Positions 49,295 to 58,741 of a stretch of 64,000 nucleotides of DNA are shown here, piece after piece. Under the pieces are notes generated by a model. The model saw nothing but the letters and a program-made list of their open reading frames with translations. It had not been told where the DNA came from and made no database searches. A program made the translations under genes and the position numbers. The DNA lies in IMG/VR virus record IMGVR_UViG_3300048919_000265. The stretch is one strand, 5' to 3'. Origin of the DNA: a virus. The number at the start of each line of letters is the position of its first letter. Position 1 is the stretch's first letter.

Positions 49295-49732
49295 CTAAAA
49301 ATAATAAGTCACATTCCCAGTGCCATTTTCCTCGTATTCAAATTTGATATATTTATAACCAACTTCACAATTAACAAGGGTTAAGATAAGTACAGAAGAG
49401 TCTACATCTCCATTAGCTGGATACAGGCACGCAGTTTCTTTCCAGGTTGAAACTGCGTTATGTGTTACCCCATCCAAAACAACTTGCTCTGTTGTATCTG
49501 GAACTTTTACAACCTCAAATAACACACTACCTTCTAGTTCCAAAACTTGACCGTCAGGTCTCACTAACTTTGACCGAAGTACTTTATTCTTAACCTCTTC
49601 TAGTTCGCGCAATCCTTCAGAAACAAGCACTGTTCTCACAGGATGACAGAAGAAAGACAGCTCACCACTGATTGACTTTGCTACATTTGAAAACACATTA
49701 AGTTCTTTCATAACGTTCTTATCTGAGCTCAT
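49295..49732 (-). CDS. Hypothetical protein
   Basis: RBS GGGAGG. Confidence 0.7.
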   Translation of the reverse strand: MSSDKNVMKELNVFSNVAKSISGELSFFCHPVRTVLVSEGLRELEEVKNKVLRSKLVRPDGQVLELEGSVLFEVVKVPDTTEQVVLDGVTHNAVSTWKETACLYPANGDVDSSVLILTLVNCEVGYKYIKFEYEENGTGNVTYYF

Positions 49733-49830
49733 TTTTTAATTTCCTCCCAATCATTCTTTTGTCTACTAATAGTAGACATTTTAATCAATATAAATCATGG
49801 TTCACACTTGCTATGCATTATAATAAATAT

Positions 49831-50223
49831 TTATAATACTTCTGTGAAAAACACGACTCTAAGGTCATGCGTGCCTAAAGAAGTCTGCAAATGCGACCCG
49901 CTCTTAGCTGTCAAACACTTGTGTTGTATTGCTGTATAAATCTCTTCAGGTAAGACTCCTAAAGGCTCTCGTGACAATAGAAATATAATACTGTCTATCT
50001 CATGAAACTCACGAAATCCTTCATTAAATGCTGATTCAAGATCCAATATGTGTTGCTGGTCCACTATCTTTCTCCAAAACACCCTTACTTCTTTAGGAAG
50101 GTTATCTTCTGAAACCGGTTTGATTATATCCATTTTATTTCCTTCTACGAACTTTTTGCACCATTCTCTCGTGAATCCAGTATCATTGTTTTCAGTCACT
50201 TTGTCTTTACTCAACACGTTCAC
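49831..50223 (-). CDS. Hypothetical protein
   Basis: 130-aa ORF. Confidence 0.65.
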   Translation of the reverse strand: MNVLSKDKVTENNDTGFTREWCKKFVEGNKMDIIKPVSEDNLPKEVRVFWRKIVDQQHILDLESAFNEGFREFHEIDSIIFLLSREPLGVLPEEIYTAIQHKCLTAKSGSHLQTSLGTHDLRVVFFTEVL

Positions 50224-50240
50224 CCACTGAATAATAAATA

Positions 50241-50345
50241 GTGCGCAGGTAGATCATTCTCACAGCCACAAAAAGATCAAACAGGCTTCCCCCGACAGCC
50301 GACCTACTGGTGCCTTATGCCCGCTTTGTGGTTCCCCCCAATGAG
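50241..50345 (-). ncRNA. Candidate GC-rich structured intergenic RNA
   Basis: 56 of 100 nt G/C (50241-50340); nested stems CCACAAAG/TTTTGTGG, CGGGC/GCCTG, ACC-AGTA-GGT. Confidence 0.3.
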
Positions 50346-50356
50346 TCTTAAAATTA

Positions 50357-51313
50357 CTATTTTCGTTTAGCTTTTACAACCTTGCTGTGTTTAACTATAT
50401 CCAACTCCTTAGCATTTTTGAGTTCTGTAAATTTACTCTGTGGCAAATGATATTGCGCCATTTTATGCGCCTTTTTAAATACCTCAAGCTGTCTATTAAT
50501 GCGTTGCTGACTTTCCATAAATTTGTTTACCTGCTCTACTGCCGGAAGAGCCAATCTGGATTTTCTGATCAAGTCATTCTCCACTATATGAAGTGCATCA
50601 TTCTTTAATAAACTCGTAACATCATTAATCTGATCAGAAATCGAGCGAAAGGACTTTAGAATTCCTGACTCTTCTGTAATTCGTCTAGTCGCTTCGTGCA
50701 TTTCGACTAGGCTATTAGGTAACTTAAAGAACTTATCGGATATGTTTTTAAACTGGTCTAATATCGATGGTGAGACCCCTGCCTGCCGCAAATTATTACT
50801 CAACCTCATAATATCTTCATTAACCGTTACTCCCTTAACCATTTGCGATAACATCGTTGTCTTTATCAAAATACTAGTAAAAACTTCAGAATTTTCTTCA
50901 GCTATTTTAGTTGCTCTCTTAACAGCATCCGAATTAATCCTTATTCTAGGACTGCCGGCCTTAACCTCAATTCTCTCACAAAATTGATTCTCTAATGTCT
51001 TTCTATTTATAAACTTTATACTATCTTTTAATGAAATTCCTTTTGTTCTCTTTAAAACTTCCCACTCATCATATTCTGTCAATTGTATTTTATGCAACAG
51101 ATTCTTTATACCCTGATTGTAGGGTGAGAAGATTCTTTGTGAGATCGGCATCGGAAGGTTTTCTTCTTTATATTTATAAGCTACCCACATCGATCTTGAT
51201 TGCATAGCAGAAGCTGTCGGCTTATATTCTATAAAACTGTCCGTCCTTGTAAGCCTACCCACCACCAGTGCTTTGTTATTTGGTCTGACCTCAATAACAA
51301 ATAATATTTCCAT
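50357..51313 (-). CDS. HipS-like N-terminal domain fused to ~210-aa helical C-terminal extension
   Basis: VVGRL..., RI.SP....I..LL..+.L.EYDEWEVLKRT.G....D.+.F pattern; ATG 1 nt after kinase stop. Confidence 0.6.
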   Translation of the reverse strand: MEILFVIEVRPNNKALVVGRLTRTDSFIEYKPTASAMQSRSMWVAYKYKEENLPMPISQRIFSPYNQGIKNLLHKIQLTEYDEWEVLKRTKGISLKDSIKFINRKTLENQFCERIEVKAGSPRIRINSDAVKRATKIAEENSEVFTSILIKTTMLSQMVKGVTVNEDIMRLSNNLRQAGVSPSILDQFKNISDKFFKLPNSLVEMHEATRRITEESGILKSFRSISDQINDVTSLLKNDALHIVENDLIRKSRLALPAVEQVNKFMESQQRINRQLEVFKKAHKMAQYHLPQSKFTELKNAKELDIVKHSKVVKAKRK

Positions 51314-51314
51314 G

Positions 51315-52106
51315 TCATGTCTCTCCTGTTCTCGCGAGGGATTGAATTTCTTCATACCGTTCCATAAAACTATCCCCATACTCCTCGATATACCGGTCAT
51401 GTCTCCATCTTTCCATCACCGGTAACATTTCAAACAATGCAACATAAAAGTCTAAATGTTCTTCTGCCCTAATACAGAAATCTAGTCCATAATTATTAAA
51501 TTGCAGTAAACACTTACCCCAAAGATGTGGTAATACCTCTTTCTGCAATAAATTCCGCTTCAGTTGATTACAATAAACCAAGGATGGTGTGTCTCCTCCA
51601 AGCATAGTGAAACTCGCAGCATTATCATACAATGGCGCTAAATCACCAGTAAGCATATCTATTCCTATATTACCCCTGTGTCTATCTCTATTATCTATCA
51701 AGTAATCAAATAAAAACATATTCACAATTGATTTTATCTCCATATGATACCCAGTCTTAATCACATCATCAGTATACGTTAAGAAGCTGTCCAATGTATA
51801 ACCATTACCTCCATAAATTTCAAATGCTGGATAACCTTCTATCAGATTACACATTTCAACCCCATAAACGTTTACATCTTGAGAAAGCACTCCTAACACT
51901 CCGTCTCGCTCTGCCACCACACAAGGTGCACTCCTAATACCTAGCTGTTTTGCCAAAATATAAGCTAGTACTTCATTATAAATGCTATCTAAACCTTCTA
52001 TCTTGAATACATATCTACTACTACCATCAGACAACCAATACGCTTCGGCTGTACCTTTACCTTCCAAATCTAATAACTTAAAATTATCTACGTTAACTAC
52101 TTCCAT
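51315..52106 (-). CDS. HipA/CtkA-like Ser/Thr kinase
   Basis: GKG, YVFK, NEVLAY.LA..LG+, DYLIDNRDRHRGNIG, LAPLYDNA. Confidence 0.85.
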   Translation of the reverse strand: MEVVNVDNFKLLDLEGKGTAEAYWLSDGSSRYVFKIEGLDSIYNEVLAYILAKQLGIRSAPCVVAERDGVLGVLSQDVNVYGVEMCNLIEGYPAFEIYGGNGYTLDSFLTYTDDVIKTGYHMEIKSIVNMFLFDYLIDNRDRHRGNIGIDMLTGDLAPLYDNAASFTMLGGDTPSLVYCNQLKRNLLQKEVLPHLWGKCLLQFNNYGLDFCIRAEEHLDFYVALFEMLPVMERWRHDRYIEEYGDSFMERYEEIQSLARTGET

Positions 52107-52148
52107 TAAATCACATCCAATCTATTTCGTTTAACTTCTATTATGTAT

Positions 52149-52166
52149 AGAGGGAACTATCCCTCT
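52149..52166. promoter_or_regulatory. Palindrome upstream of second kinase
   Basis: AGAGGGA-acta-TCCCTCT followed by CATAAT on minus strand. Confidence 0.45.
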
Positions 52167-52190
52167 TATTACCACGTCTACTATCTACGT

Positions 52191-52562
52191 CTACTCATCT
52201 ATTATTTTTAACAAAAACGATGAGGCTGCCTTTACTTCTTTAAACAAATTGTCAGCTGTATCTATATCCAGTCCTGTGGTCTGAGATTCTAAATAATAAG
52301 TATTTATTCTACTTAAACTTTCTAATAATTTTTCATCACAATTAAATCTTGCCTCGTTCTTTACATTTGTAAAATATTGAAGTACACTATCCTCAGTTAT
52401 TACTGCAACATCATGCTTAACTTCCAATGCTTTAATTAATACTCTCACAGATTTAACCACATCATAACTATACATAGATATATGCCGTAATTTTAGGTGC
52501 TCTAATGCAGCACCTAAAATCTGACCTGCGTGCATTACATGTATTTTATAATCCTTTGACAA
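52191..52562 (-). CDS. HEPN-like helical protein
   Basis: A..+L.AA..HL...Y..V......KAL N-terminal helix pattern; lacks RxxxxH. Confidence 0.45.
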   Translation of the reverse strand: MSKDYKIHVMHAGQILGAALEHLKLRHISMYSYDVVKSVRVLIKALEVKHDVAVITEDSVLQYFTNVKNEARFNCDEKLLESLSRINTYYLESQTTGLDIDTADNLFKEVKAASSFLLKIIDE

Positions 52563-53039
52563 TCTAATTCCTCCTTAAACTTAATTACTTTGTAGTAACA
52601 AACAGACAACAAAAATTACTAATGCAATCCCCACTAGATGACCTAAACACGCCGGTATGGTTTTTAATTCTAATTCTTTTGTCCCTTATAAAACCTAATC
52701 CTAAATTACCCATAATGAATAAGAAAATCATCATACCAGAAACGCAATAAGTTTTGACACTAGAGCAGTTTAGACAATACGAGATAGTCCTTTATCGGCC
52801 CTTCCGTGCCAAGACCTCCTAAAGTATTGCTTTAACACCAATAGCAGTACCCTCTAAAACCTCACGATCTCTCAGAAAGCAATAAAATATCCTTTAATTC
52901 TTTTCGTGCCTTCTCGCTCAGCTTGACAGAAGTAATGCCGAAAATTATACGGCACACTGCTTCCTCTTTTACGTAAATATCACACATATCCGCGTATTTT
53001 GCGTCTTCAAAAGAAATAGCCACATCTACACCCTCCTCA

Positions 53040-53279
53040 TCATATCAACTCTTCCGGACCAACAATGAACTTAGTTCTAGTCTGCAACTCCTCTAAAACC
53101 ATACCTCCGGTTAATACGGAATCCACTGAGTCTTTTAAGATTGTTTCTCGTTTACCGTTAATGTCGACAATGACATCATCGTCCTTTTCTTCTATCACCA
53201 CTGCTACCCTGAAATAATCACCATCTTCATATAAAATTGCTTGACCACACTGTAGAGATGACGAACCTTTATAGCTCAT
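53040..53279 (-). CDS. Small SH3/KOW-like hypothetical protein
   Basis: G..+L+..G.....VV+.....V+VD pattern. Confidence 0.55.
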   Translation of the reverse strand: MSYKGSSSLQCGQAILYEDGDYFRVAVVIEEKDDDVIVDINGKRETILKDSVDSVLTGGMVLEELQTRTKFIVGPEELI

Positions 53280-53374
53280 TATTCAAGCCCACCTCCTACT
53301 TTTTGCAATTTTAAGAAGTGATACACATAAGACTTACTAATACATTAACAAATCTTGAACAACCTAAACAACCT

Positions 53375-53650
53375 TTACTGAAACCTTTCATCTTCCACAT
53401 ACTCTATCCTTGCGTTGGAACTTTCATACGCTTCCCCAACTTTAACTACTATACCATTAGACACAAACGAGGAGCGACTATTTTTCCCTCGCATACATTC
53501 TACCACACCATAATAAAATTCATCTTTTCTTACGATAAGAATATTTGGTTTTAATCCTTTAATAATGTTACCATTTATTCTAACTTGTAGGTCCTCCAAA
53601 ACTTCAATGCCACTTTTAGAATGATCTTTATCTATCAATACTAAACTCAT
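53375..53650 (-). CDS. Hypothetical protein
   Basis: RBS GGAGG. Confidence 0.65.
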   Translation of the reverse strand: MSLVLIDKDHSKSGIEVLEDLQVRINGNIIKGLKPNILIVRKDEFYYGVVECMRGKNSRSSFVSNGIVVKVGEAYESSNARIEYVEDERFQ

Positions 53651-53676
53651 AGTGCCTCCTATATAACTAAGTATTA

Positions 53677-54090
53677 TTAATTAAACATACCTTCTATGTC
53701 TTTCTCTACATCCACGGGATATGAAATTTCAATAGCTTTGTTATTATCTTTGGTATACTTACCTTTAATCGGGTCCCCGACATCGAAACTATGAGAAGTC
53801 AAGAAACGAGGTATGATTATATCCACTCCATTAACTGTAACTAAAGTAGAATTCTCGACCCAGAGCACCCTATCCCTTTTAAGATCAGAAATATGTGTAA
53901 TCTTACCACTAAAATCGACCGCTTGCATGCGAGGATAAATGCTAAATATAAATATTAACAATATCAGCAATGCTATGATGCAGCAATACCAGGCCACCCT
54001 CCTTCGGCTTGCCACTAACTCGCCTTCGCCTTCATACGGAAATCCAAAGAATTTCTTATACTTCTCTGCCACGAGCACTACCTCCAACAA
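53677..54090 (-). CDS. Membrane-anchored hypothetical protein
   Basis: Single TM helix then beta-rich domain. Confidence 0.7.
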   Translation of the reverse strand: MLEVVLVAEKYKKFFGFPYEGEGELVASRRRVAWYCCIIALLILLIFIFSIYPRMQAVDFSGKITHISDLKRDRVLWVENSTLVTVNGVDIIIPRFLTSHSFDVGDPIKGKYTKDNNKAIEISYPVDVEKDIEGMFN

Positions 54091-54555
54091 CTACTTATTA
54101 TAACCTTCAAGCATATTTCTCAAAATAGAAGTAGGCTCAACCTCACCTACATAAGATTCTATTTTAACTTGGCACCCTTTACCTAACAATAAGGCAGAAA
54201 TATCATTTAAAATCTCAGACTCTAAACGTTCGTACAAACTAACACTAGCACCACTCTCCCAAATTACCCCATCACAATCTAGATCTACTTCATCTAAATA
54301 TAATTCCACATCTGTAATGTATTTAGCAGCAGCTATATTCCCTTTAACACTGGTGTAATCATCATAAATCGTAATCAATGCTCTCGGTCCTGACTCTAGT
54401 AGAAAGACATACTCTTTATGTCTCAAATTAATAATTGGTACCAGACCACCTCTCTCCCAAAGTGCTACCACCTCAGGCTCTTGTTTAGCTCGATCTGTCA
54501 ACTCCCCTCCCGCAATCTTACTAGAAGTCAAATTATTAATATCAGTTACCTTCAC
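54091..54555 (-). CDS. Hypothetical protein
   Basis: RBS GGAGG. Confidence 0.7.
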   Translation of the reverse strand: MKVTDINNLTSSKIAGGELTDRAKQEPEVVALWERGGLVPIINLRHKEYVFLLESGPRALITIYDDYTSVKGNIAAAKYITDVELYLDEVDLDCDGVIWESGASVSLYERLESEILNDISALLLGKGCQVKIESYVGEVEPTSILRNMLEGYNK

Positions 54556-54616
54556 TATTTATCGCCTCCATAATCTTCTACCATCAATTAGATATAACAC
54601 TCAGATTTAATAACAT

Positions 54617-54656
54617 AGGGTTGTTAATTATCTAGACTTAGATAATTAACAACCCT
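54617..54656. terminator. 18-bp perfect inverted repeat
   Basis: AGGGTTGTTAATTATCTA-gact-TAGATAATTAACAACCCT. Confidence 0.6.
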
Positions 54657-54668
54657 TGTGCTCCTCCA

Positions 54669-55268
54669 TCATACCATTATCGTTTCAATATCTATTTGCT
54701 TTCTCCAATTACCATTAGTCTTTCGACTTAAGACAAAGACCTCATCGTCCAGGTACTTCACTTCTTTAACAGTACTTGCTATTTCACTAGCCTCATTGTA
54801 AATAAGACTCCGCTCTTCACAAAAGCAACACACCTCTACAGTGGTTTCTCGGTACACCCAATCCACAAGCCTTAAAACTTGCTTCTGTTGCGCAATACTT
54901 CCATGCATAAACTCACCAGGTAACAGGTATAAAACGTCATAACCACCATCTCTAAGTAATGGGGCTACTTGGTCAACTTCCAAGTGATTACTCACTTGAG
55001 AGAACACATTCAATACTAAGGTGTCTTGTGCAGATAACTCTAAATACTCATCCCACAAAATGTCTAGTAATTCACCTTCATCACTGCAATCTATATCTAA
55101 TTTTAATAGTTTTGATCGTTTAACTAAAACTTCTAGTACAAACCCTGACATAGAATATTCATTAGCGCATACTAAAACACACTTGCTTTCTACTACATCC
55201 TGCGCAATTTTCAAGCTACTAAAATCTCTTGAATCACCATTAGTAAGCAATAAGGTTAGTTCGCCCAT
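54669..55268 (-). CDS. Hypothetical protein
   Basis: RBS AAGGAGG. Confidence 0.75.
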   Translation of the reverse strand: MGELTLLLTNGDSRDFSSLKIAQDVVESKCVLVCANEYSMSGFVLEVLVKRSKLLKLDIDCSDEGELLDILWDEYLELSAQDTLVLNVFSQVSNHLEVDQVAPLLRDGGYDVLYLLPGEFMHGSIAQQKQVLRLVDWVYRETTVEVCCFCEERSLIYNEASEIASTVKEVKYLDDEVFVLSRKTNGNWRKQIDIETIMV

Positions 55269-55321
55269 AACTTCCTCCTTTGTATTAAATCATATGTAAT
55301 CTTTAGTTCCCTATCATAGAT

Positions 55322-55486
55322 TTACTACAACTGTCTGATCACTTTATTCTGTTCTAGATTCATCTTTATCTTTGGAGCATCTATCGTCCCATTATTGCAA
55401 TATAAATTGCTAACCTCTTTACCCCCTTCTTCAAAGTTTATGGCAACACTATCATAGATTTAGATAAATAAGCATTCCCTGTTCAT
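55322..55486 (-). pseudogene. Nonsense-disrupted small gene
   Basis: MNRECLFI*IYDSVAINF...RQL**; internal TAA 55460-55462. Confidence 0.45.
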
Positions 55487-55540
55487 TTTTCAATAAGCCT
55501 AACAGAAAATACTTGTAAATCAAACACAACATTCATATAA

Positions 55541-55638
55541 GGGAAGGGTTGGAATCGAACCAACCTTCAATCACCATACTAGGGGAAATGGCGGAATAGT
55601 ATATCCTTTATTCCAGATTGAATTCTCCAAGACTTCCC
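55541..55638 (-). ncRNA. tRNA-like RNA (acceptor stem + T-arm, non-canonical body)
   Basis: GGGAAG/CTTCCC closing stem stacked on GGTTGG-TTCGATT-CCAACC; inner TTCAATC/GATTGAA stem with two hairpins; TATAAT upstream. Confidence 0.6.
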
Positions 55639-55733
55639 ATAATGCCCGAAAACTAATCCGAGCAATATTATATAATTTTAATAAATCATCTATACTCTTA
55701 ATGCTTTCGATAGAATCCCTCTTCCACGAAATC

Positions 55734-56159
55734 CTAAAATAGCATCATTTCATCCTCTATAAATCCATAGCGCCAAGTTAACTCCCTTATCTCTCCGTTT
55801 AGTAACTCTAATCCTTGTTTTAATTTCTGGATTTCATCCTCTTCTAGCGCTATCTCCTGCTTGGACTTTACTTGAGAATATAAATCTACTATTTTCTTAC
55901 ATGGTTCTTTTAATTCCTCGCGCAGACACATAACCTCTACCATATAATTTAAATACTCCAAAGCGTCACTATCTCTGAATTTAAAGACTGCTCCTGCCGC
56001 ATCCAAACATCTAATAAATGATAAATGCATTAGGGCTAAGCCATCTCCATGCTCCCTATTTACGAAAAATATCAGAGAATTTCCTAAGTGTTCCTTTGCT
56101 TTGTCTAACCAAAACAAACAAATCTTACCTTGAAATTCTTTATGTTTTGAAATTGCCAC
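55734..56159 (-). CDS. HEPN-like helical protein
   Basis: WL.KA.EHL..S..F N-terminal helix typical of HEPN; lacks RxxxxH. Confidence 0.5.
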   Translation of the reverse strand: MAISKHKEFQGKICLFWLDKAKEHLGNSLIFFVNREHGDGLALMHLSFIRCLDAAGAVFKFRDSDALEYLNYMVEVMCLREELKEPCKKIVDLYSQVKSKQEIALEEDEIQKLKQGLELLNGEIRELTWRYGFIEDEMMLF

Positions 56160-56322
56160 TTAACTTCCTCCTACCATTTGTCTTTAAACCTGTAAGGTTT
56201 CCATTTCACGCTATTATCATACCAATGACAATATTTTATCTTTGTATTGTTATTTAGTTCAGTAACCAATTCAACCAAACTATCACTGCTCTTTAATGAA
56301 ACTATACAAGTACACTATATTA

Positions 56323-56802
56323 TTAGCTCAAACAGCCTGTTTCCCTAAATTTCTGTAATTCAGTGATTTTCCCCATACGCTCTAGTTCAACGGGAAAAAC
56401 ATCCTCAAACTGCTCTCCTTCTCGAGCAAGCCAATAATAATCATCCGTATTTAATCCTTGCGTCGATTTTAAAGCTTCCCACAAATCACCGTTATATCTA
56501 GACAATATACTTTCTCTGGCTTTTTTACTAAAACAAGATAATCTACTCCGTAACCACCTCCTAACATCTGAATCTGTAGGAGTATATAACTTATCACTAA
56601 TGATTTGGTTACCTTTAATCAACGCCTTATACAATCCTAAAGGATAAGTTCTGTCGTCTTCGTATTTGTCAGGATTATAAGAAAATACAATCCCATCAGA
56701 GGGAATAGGTCTTATCTTAACCTTAGAAAATTCGACAGGTGCAACGTATATAACCCCAAGTCTGTCATGTCTCCACATCAAGTTGTAAAATTCGTAGGGC
56801 AT
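56323..56802 (-). CDS. Hypothetical protein
   Basis: RBS AGGAGG. Confidence 0.7.
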   Translation of the reverse strand: MPYEFYNLMWRHDRLGVIYVAPVEFSKVKIRPIPSDGIVFSYNPDKYEDDRTYPLGLYKALIKGNQIISDKLYTPTDSDVRRWLRSRLSCFSKKARESILSRYNGDLWEALKSTQGLNTDDYYWLAREGEQFEDVFPVELERMGKITELQKFRETGCLS

Positions 56803-56848
56803 ATCAATCCTCCTATTTATTCCCTAAGTACATAAATAATGAAACCTT

Positions 56849-57055
56849 CTAAGACTCGTGATTTTTATGCCTACTTCGTAAAATCATAGAAATCACACTA
56901 CCGAGCAAAGCGATACCACCAAGCCCTAATGACATCCCACTATTAAACCCACTAAAAAATAGGAAGGTACTTAAAACAAATAATAAATCCCATACCCACC
57001 ACTTGAACAAATACGAATAACGCACATGAATTTTGTCAAACCTAGGCATAAACAA
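56849..57055 (-). CDS. Small two-TM membrane protein
   Basis: RBS GGAGG, hydrophobic. Confidence 0.6.
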   Translation of the reverse strand: MFMPRFDKIHVRYSYLFKWWVWDLLFVLSTFLFFSGFNSGMSLGLGGIALLGSVISMILRSRHKNHES

Positions 57056-57066
57056 CCTCCATTGAC

Positions 57067-58116
57067 TTACTCCTCGTAATTCCCTAATTTGTGCTTATAC
57101 ACAGACTTCCAGCCTAAGATACCGATCTTACCAGTCCACTCTTTACCAAGACTTAGGGACATTAATTCATCTTCCACAGCTTGCATTTTAGCATCCGCTT
57201 CGTCAATACGGTGTATTAAAATTGCTTCCATTGTCTGACCATTAACTGGACTTCCCCATTCTAATTCACCATGATGCGCCAATAACATATGTTGCAATAG
57301 CAATAACCGTTCATCTTCTTCACTTATGCCCAGTCTCTGCGCTACAACTGCAACTTCCATAGTTATCATTGCAATATGACCTAATAGTTTCCCACGAGTC
57401 GTATAGTCCGTCACTACGCCGAGATTATACATTAATTCTTTAACCTTATGTAAATCGTGCAGTAAAATCCCAGCGTACATCAAGTCCCTACTTAAGATAG
57501 GACGTTGATTACAATAAAATTCGGCCGCCTCTAGCATTCTCAAAGTGTGGTAAGCTAGTCCTGAAAAGTACGCATGGTGCATAGACTTTCCTGCAGGGGC
57601 CTTAAAAAATTCAGACCACAATGGTTTTAAACATGCCGTTACTATAGATCTTAATGTCTGATCGCTTATAGATGTAATATACTTATTTATCCTCTCACTT
57701 AATTCTCTTTCGTTAAAAGGAGCAGACTTAACGAACTCTCGCGTAGAAATCTCAGGCAATGGTGTCAAAACCTCGGGATTAAACTGCAAAGCGTCGTTCC
57801 ATATCCCAACTTTACCTTTCACTTTGACAACAATAGGTAATTCTATTTCATCCGTATTATTAATATTCCACAACTTACCAGATATCTTCCCAGTCTTATC
57901 GGCTACAGTTATGCTTGCGAACAATTTATTAGTAGCTTTGGTCTCTCCAATCTCGAACTGTGTCAATAAGTACAACCCGTCAATCACCATATCCCGCTCG
58001 AATTTATTTATAGTTATATTCTCGCTCATAGATACTACACATCCCTTCTCTAAGTATAAACGATTCGCACCTTGATCCCACTCAACCCAATATAAAAAGG
58101 GATTCTCATCAATCAA
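57067..58116 (-). CDS. yhaM: 3'-5' exoribonuclease YhaM/Cbf1 family (OB fold + HD domain)
   Basis: L.D.TG.I.GK.W OB fold; APA....HHAY..GL..HT; LLHD.HK; LLGHI; HHGELEWGSP; D..DAKM. Confidence 0.9.
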   Translation of the reverse strand: MIDENPFLYWVEWDQGANRLYLEKGCVVSMSENITINKFERDMVIDGLYLLTQFEIGETKATNKLFASITVADKTGKISGKLWNINNTDEIELPIVVKVKGKVGIWNDALQFNPEVLTPLPEISTREFVKSAPFNERELSERINKYITSISDQTLRSIVTACLKPLWSEFFKAPAGKSMHHAYFSGLAYHTLRMLEAAEFYCNQRPILSRDLMYAGILLHDLHKVKELMYNLGVVTDYTTRGKLLGHIAMITMEVAVVAQRLGISEEDERLLLLQHMLLAHHGELEWGSPVNGQTMEAILIHRIDEADAKMQAVEDELMSLSLGKEWTGKIGILGWKSVYKHKLGNYEE

Positions 58117-58252
58117 GGTTTATACCCTTCATGTAAGAATCCCTTAGTTGCTGATTATTATTTTGGTAGTCGCGTCTTTAAACCTTTATTATCGTCAGGT
58201 AGTAAAGAGAGCATCCTATTCCGTCTGTTAAATCAAAGCTTGCTCACAGCTA

Positions 58253-58741
58253 TTACACTAAGTTTTTCAGAAACTTTATATCTTGTTCTGACAATTCGTT
58301 GATCATGGATTCTAACCTCTTAACGTATTTATCATAATCACTATCCTCGGGAGTCCAAAGACCAATCTTTCTATTCTCACGCTTCAAAAGGAAAAGTCCA
58401 TTATTTTTAGCATGTCTTTCTATACCAAAGAAACAATCAAGAGCATCGCCAGTCATGATAAATGCTAAGATCATGTTGCGATTCATTCCATACATACAAA
58501 GTCTACTAGAATTGTAGGTGTCATACAATACATATTGAAACACTAAGGATGTATTAAAGCCCGGAAGACAAGGTACAGCAGAGGCTTTAAAATACTCATG
58601 CCTCGAGAGATAAATGTCAGGATTAGAAATAAATTCTCCGATAAACTCTCTCGCGATCCCCTCAGCCTCCTGCAATATAGTATCACTATTTAACGCAAAC
58701 GCTGGCTTCTTGCCATTATTGAAACTGAGCATCAAATCCAT
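58253..58741 (-). CDS. Hypothetical protein
   Basis: RBS GGAGG. Confidence 0.7.
   Translation of the reverse strand: MDLMLSFNNGKKPAFALNSDTILQEAEGIAREFIGEFISNPDIYLSRHEYFKASAVPCLPGFNTSLVFQYVLYDTYNSSRLCMYGMNRNMILAFIMTGDALDCFFGIERHAKNNGLFLLKRENRKIGLWTPEDSDYDKYVKRLESMINELSEQDIKFLKNLV

Noticed and set aside
52107-52562. HEPN-like gene and HipA kinase as a single operon
   Set aside because: An 84-nt gap with a palindrome and a candidate -10 separates them; linkage is unsupported without neighbourhood data.
54669-55268. P-loop ATPase
   Set aside because: NGDSRDFS is not a valid Walker A and no Walker B is evident.
55541-55638. Standard tRNA or amber suppressor (a CTA triplet occurs in one loop)
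   Set aside because: No D-stem, no 7-nt anticodon loop with U33, and loop sizes are 10 nt; reported only as tRNA-like.
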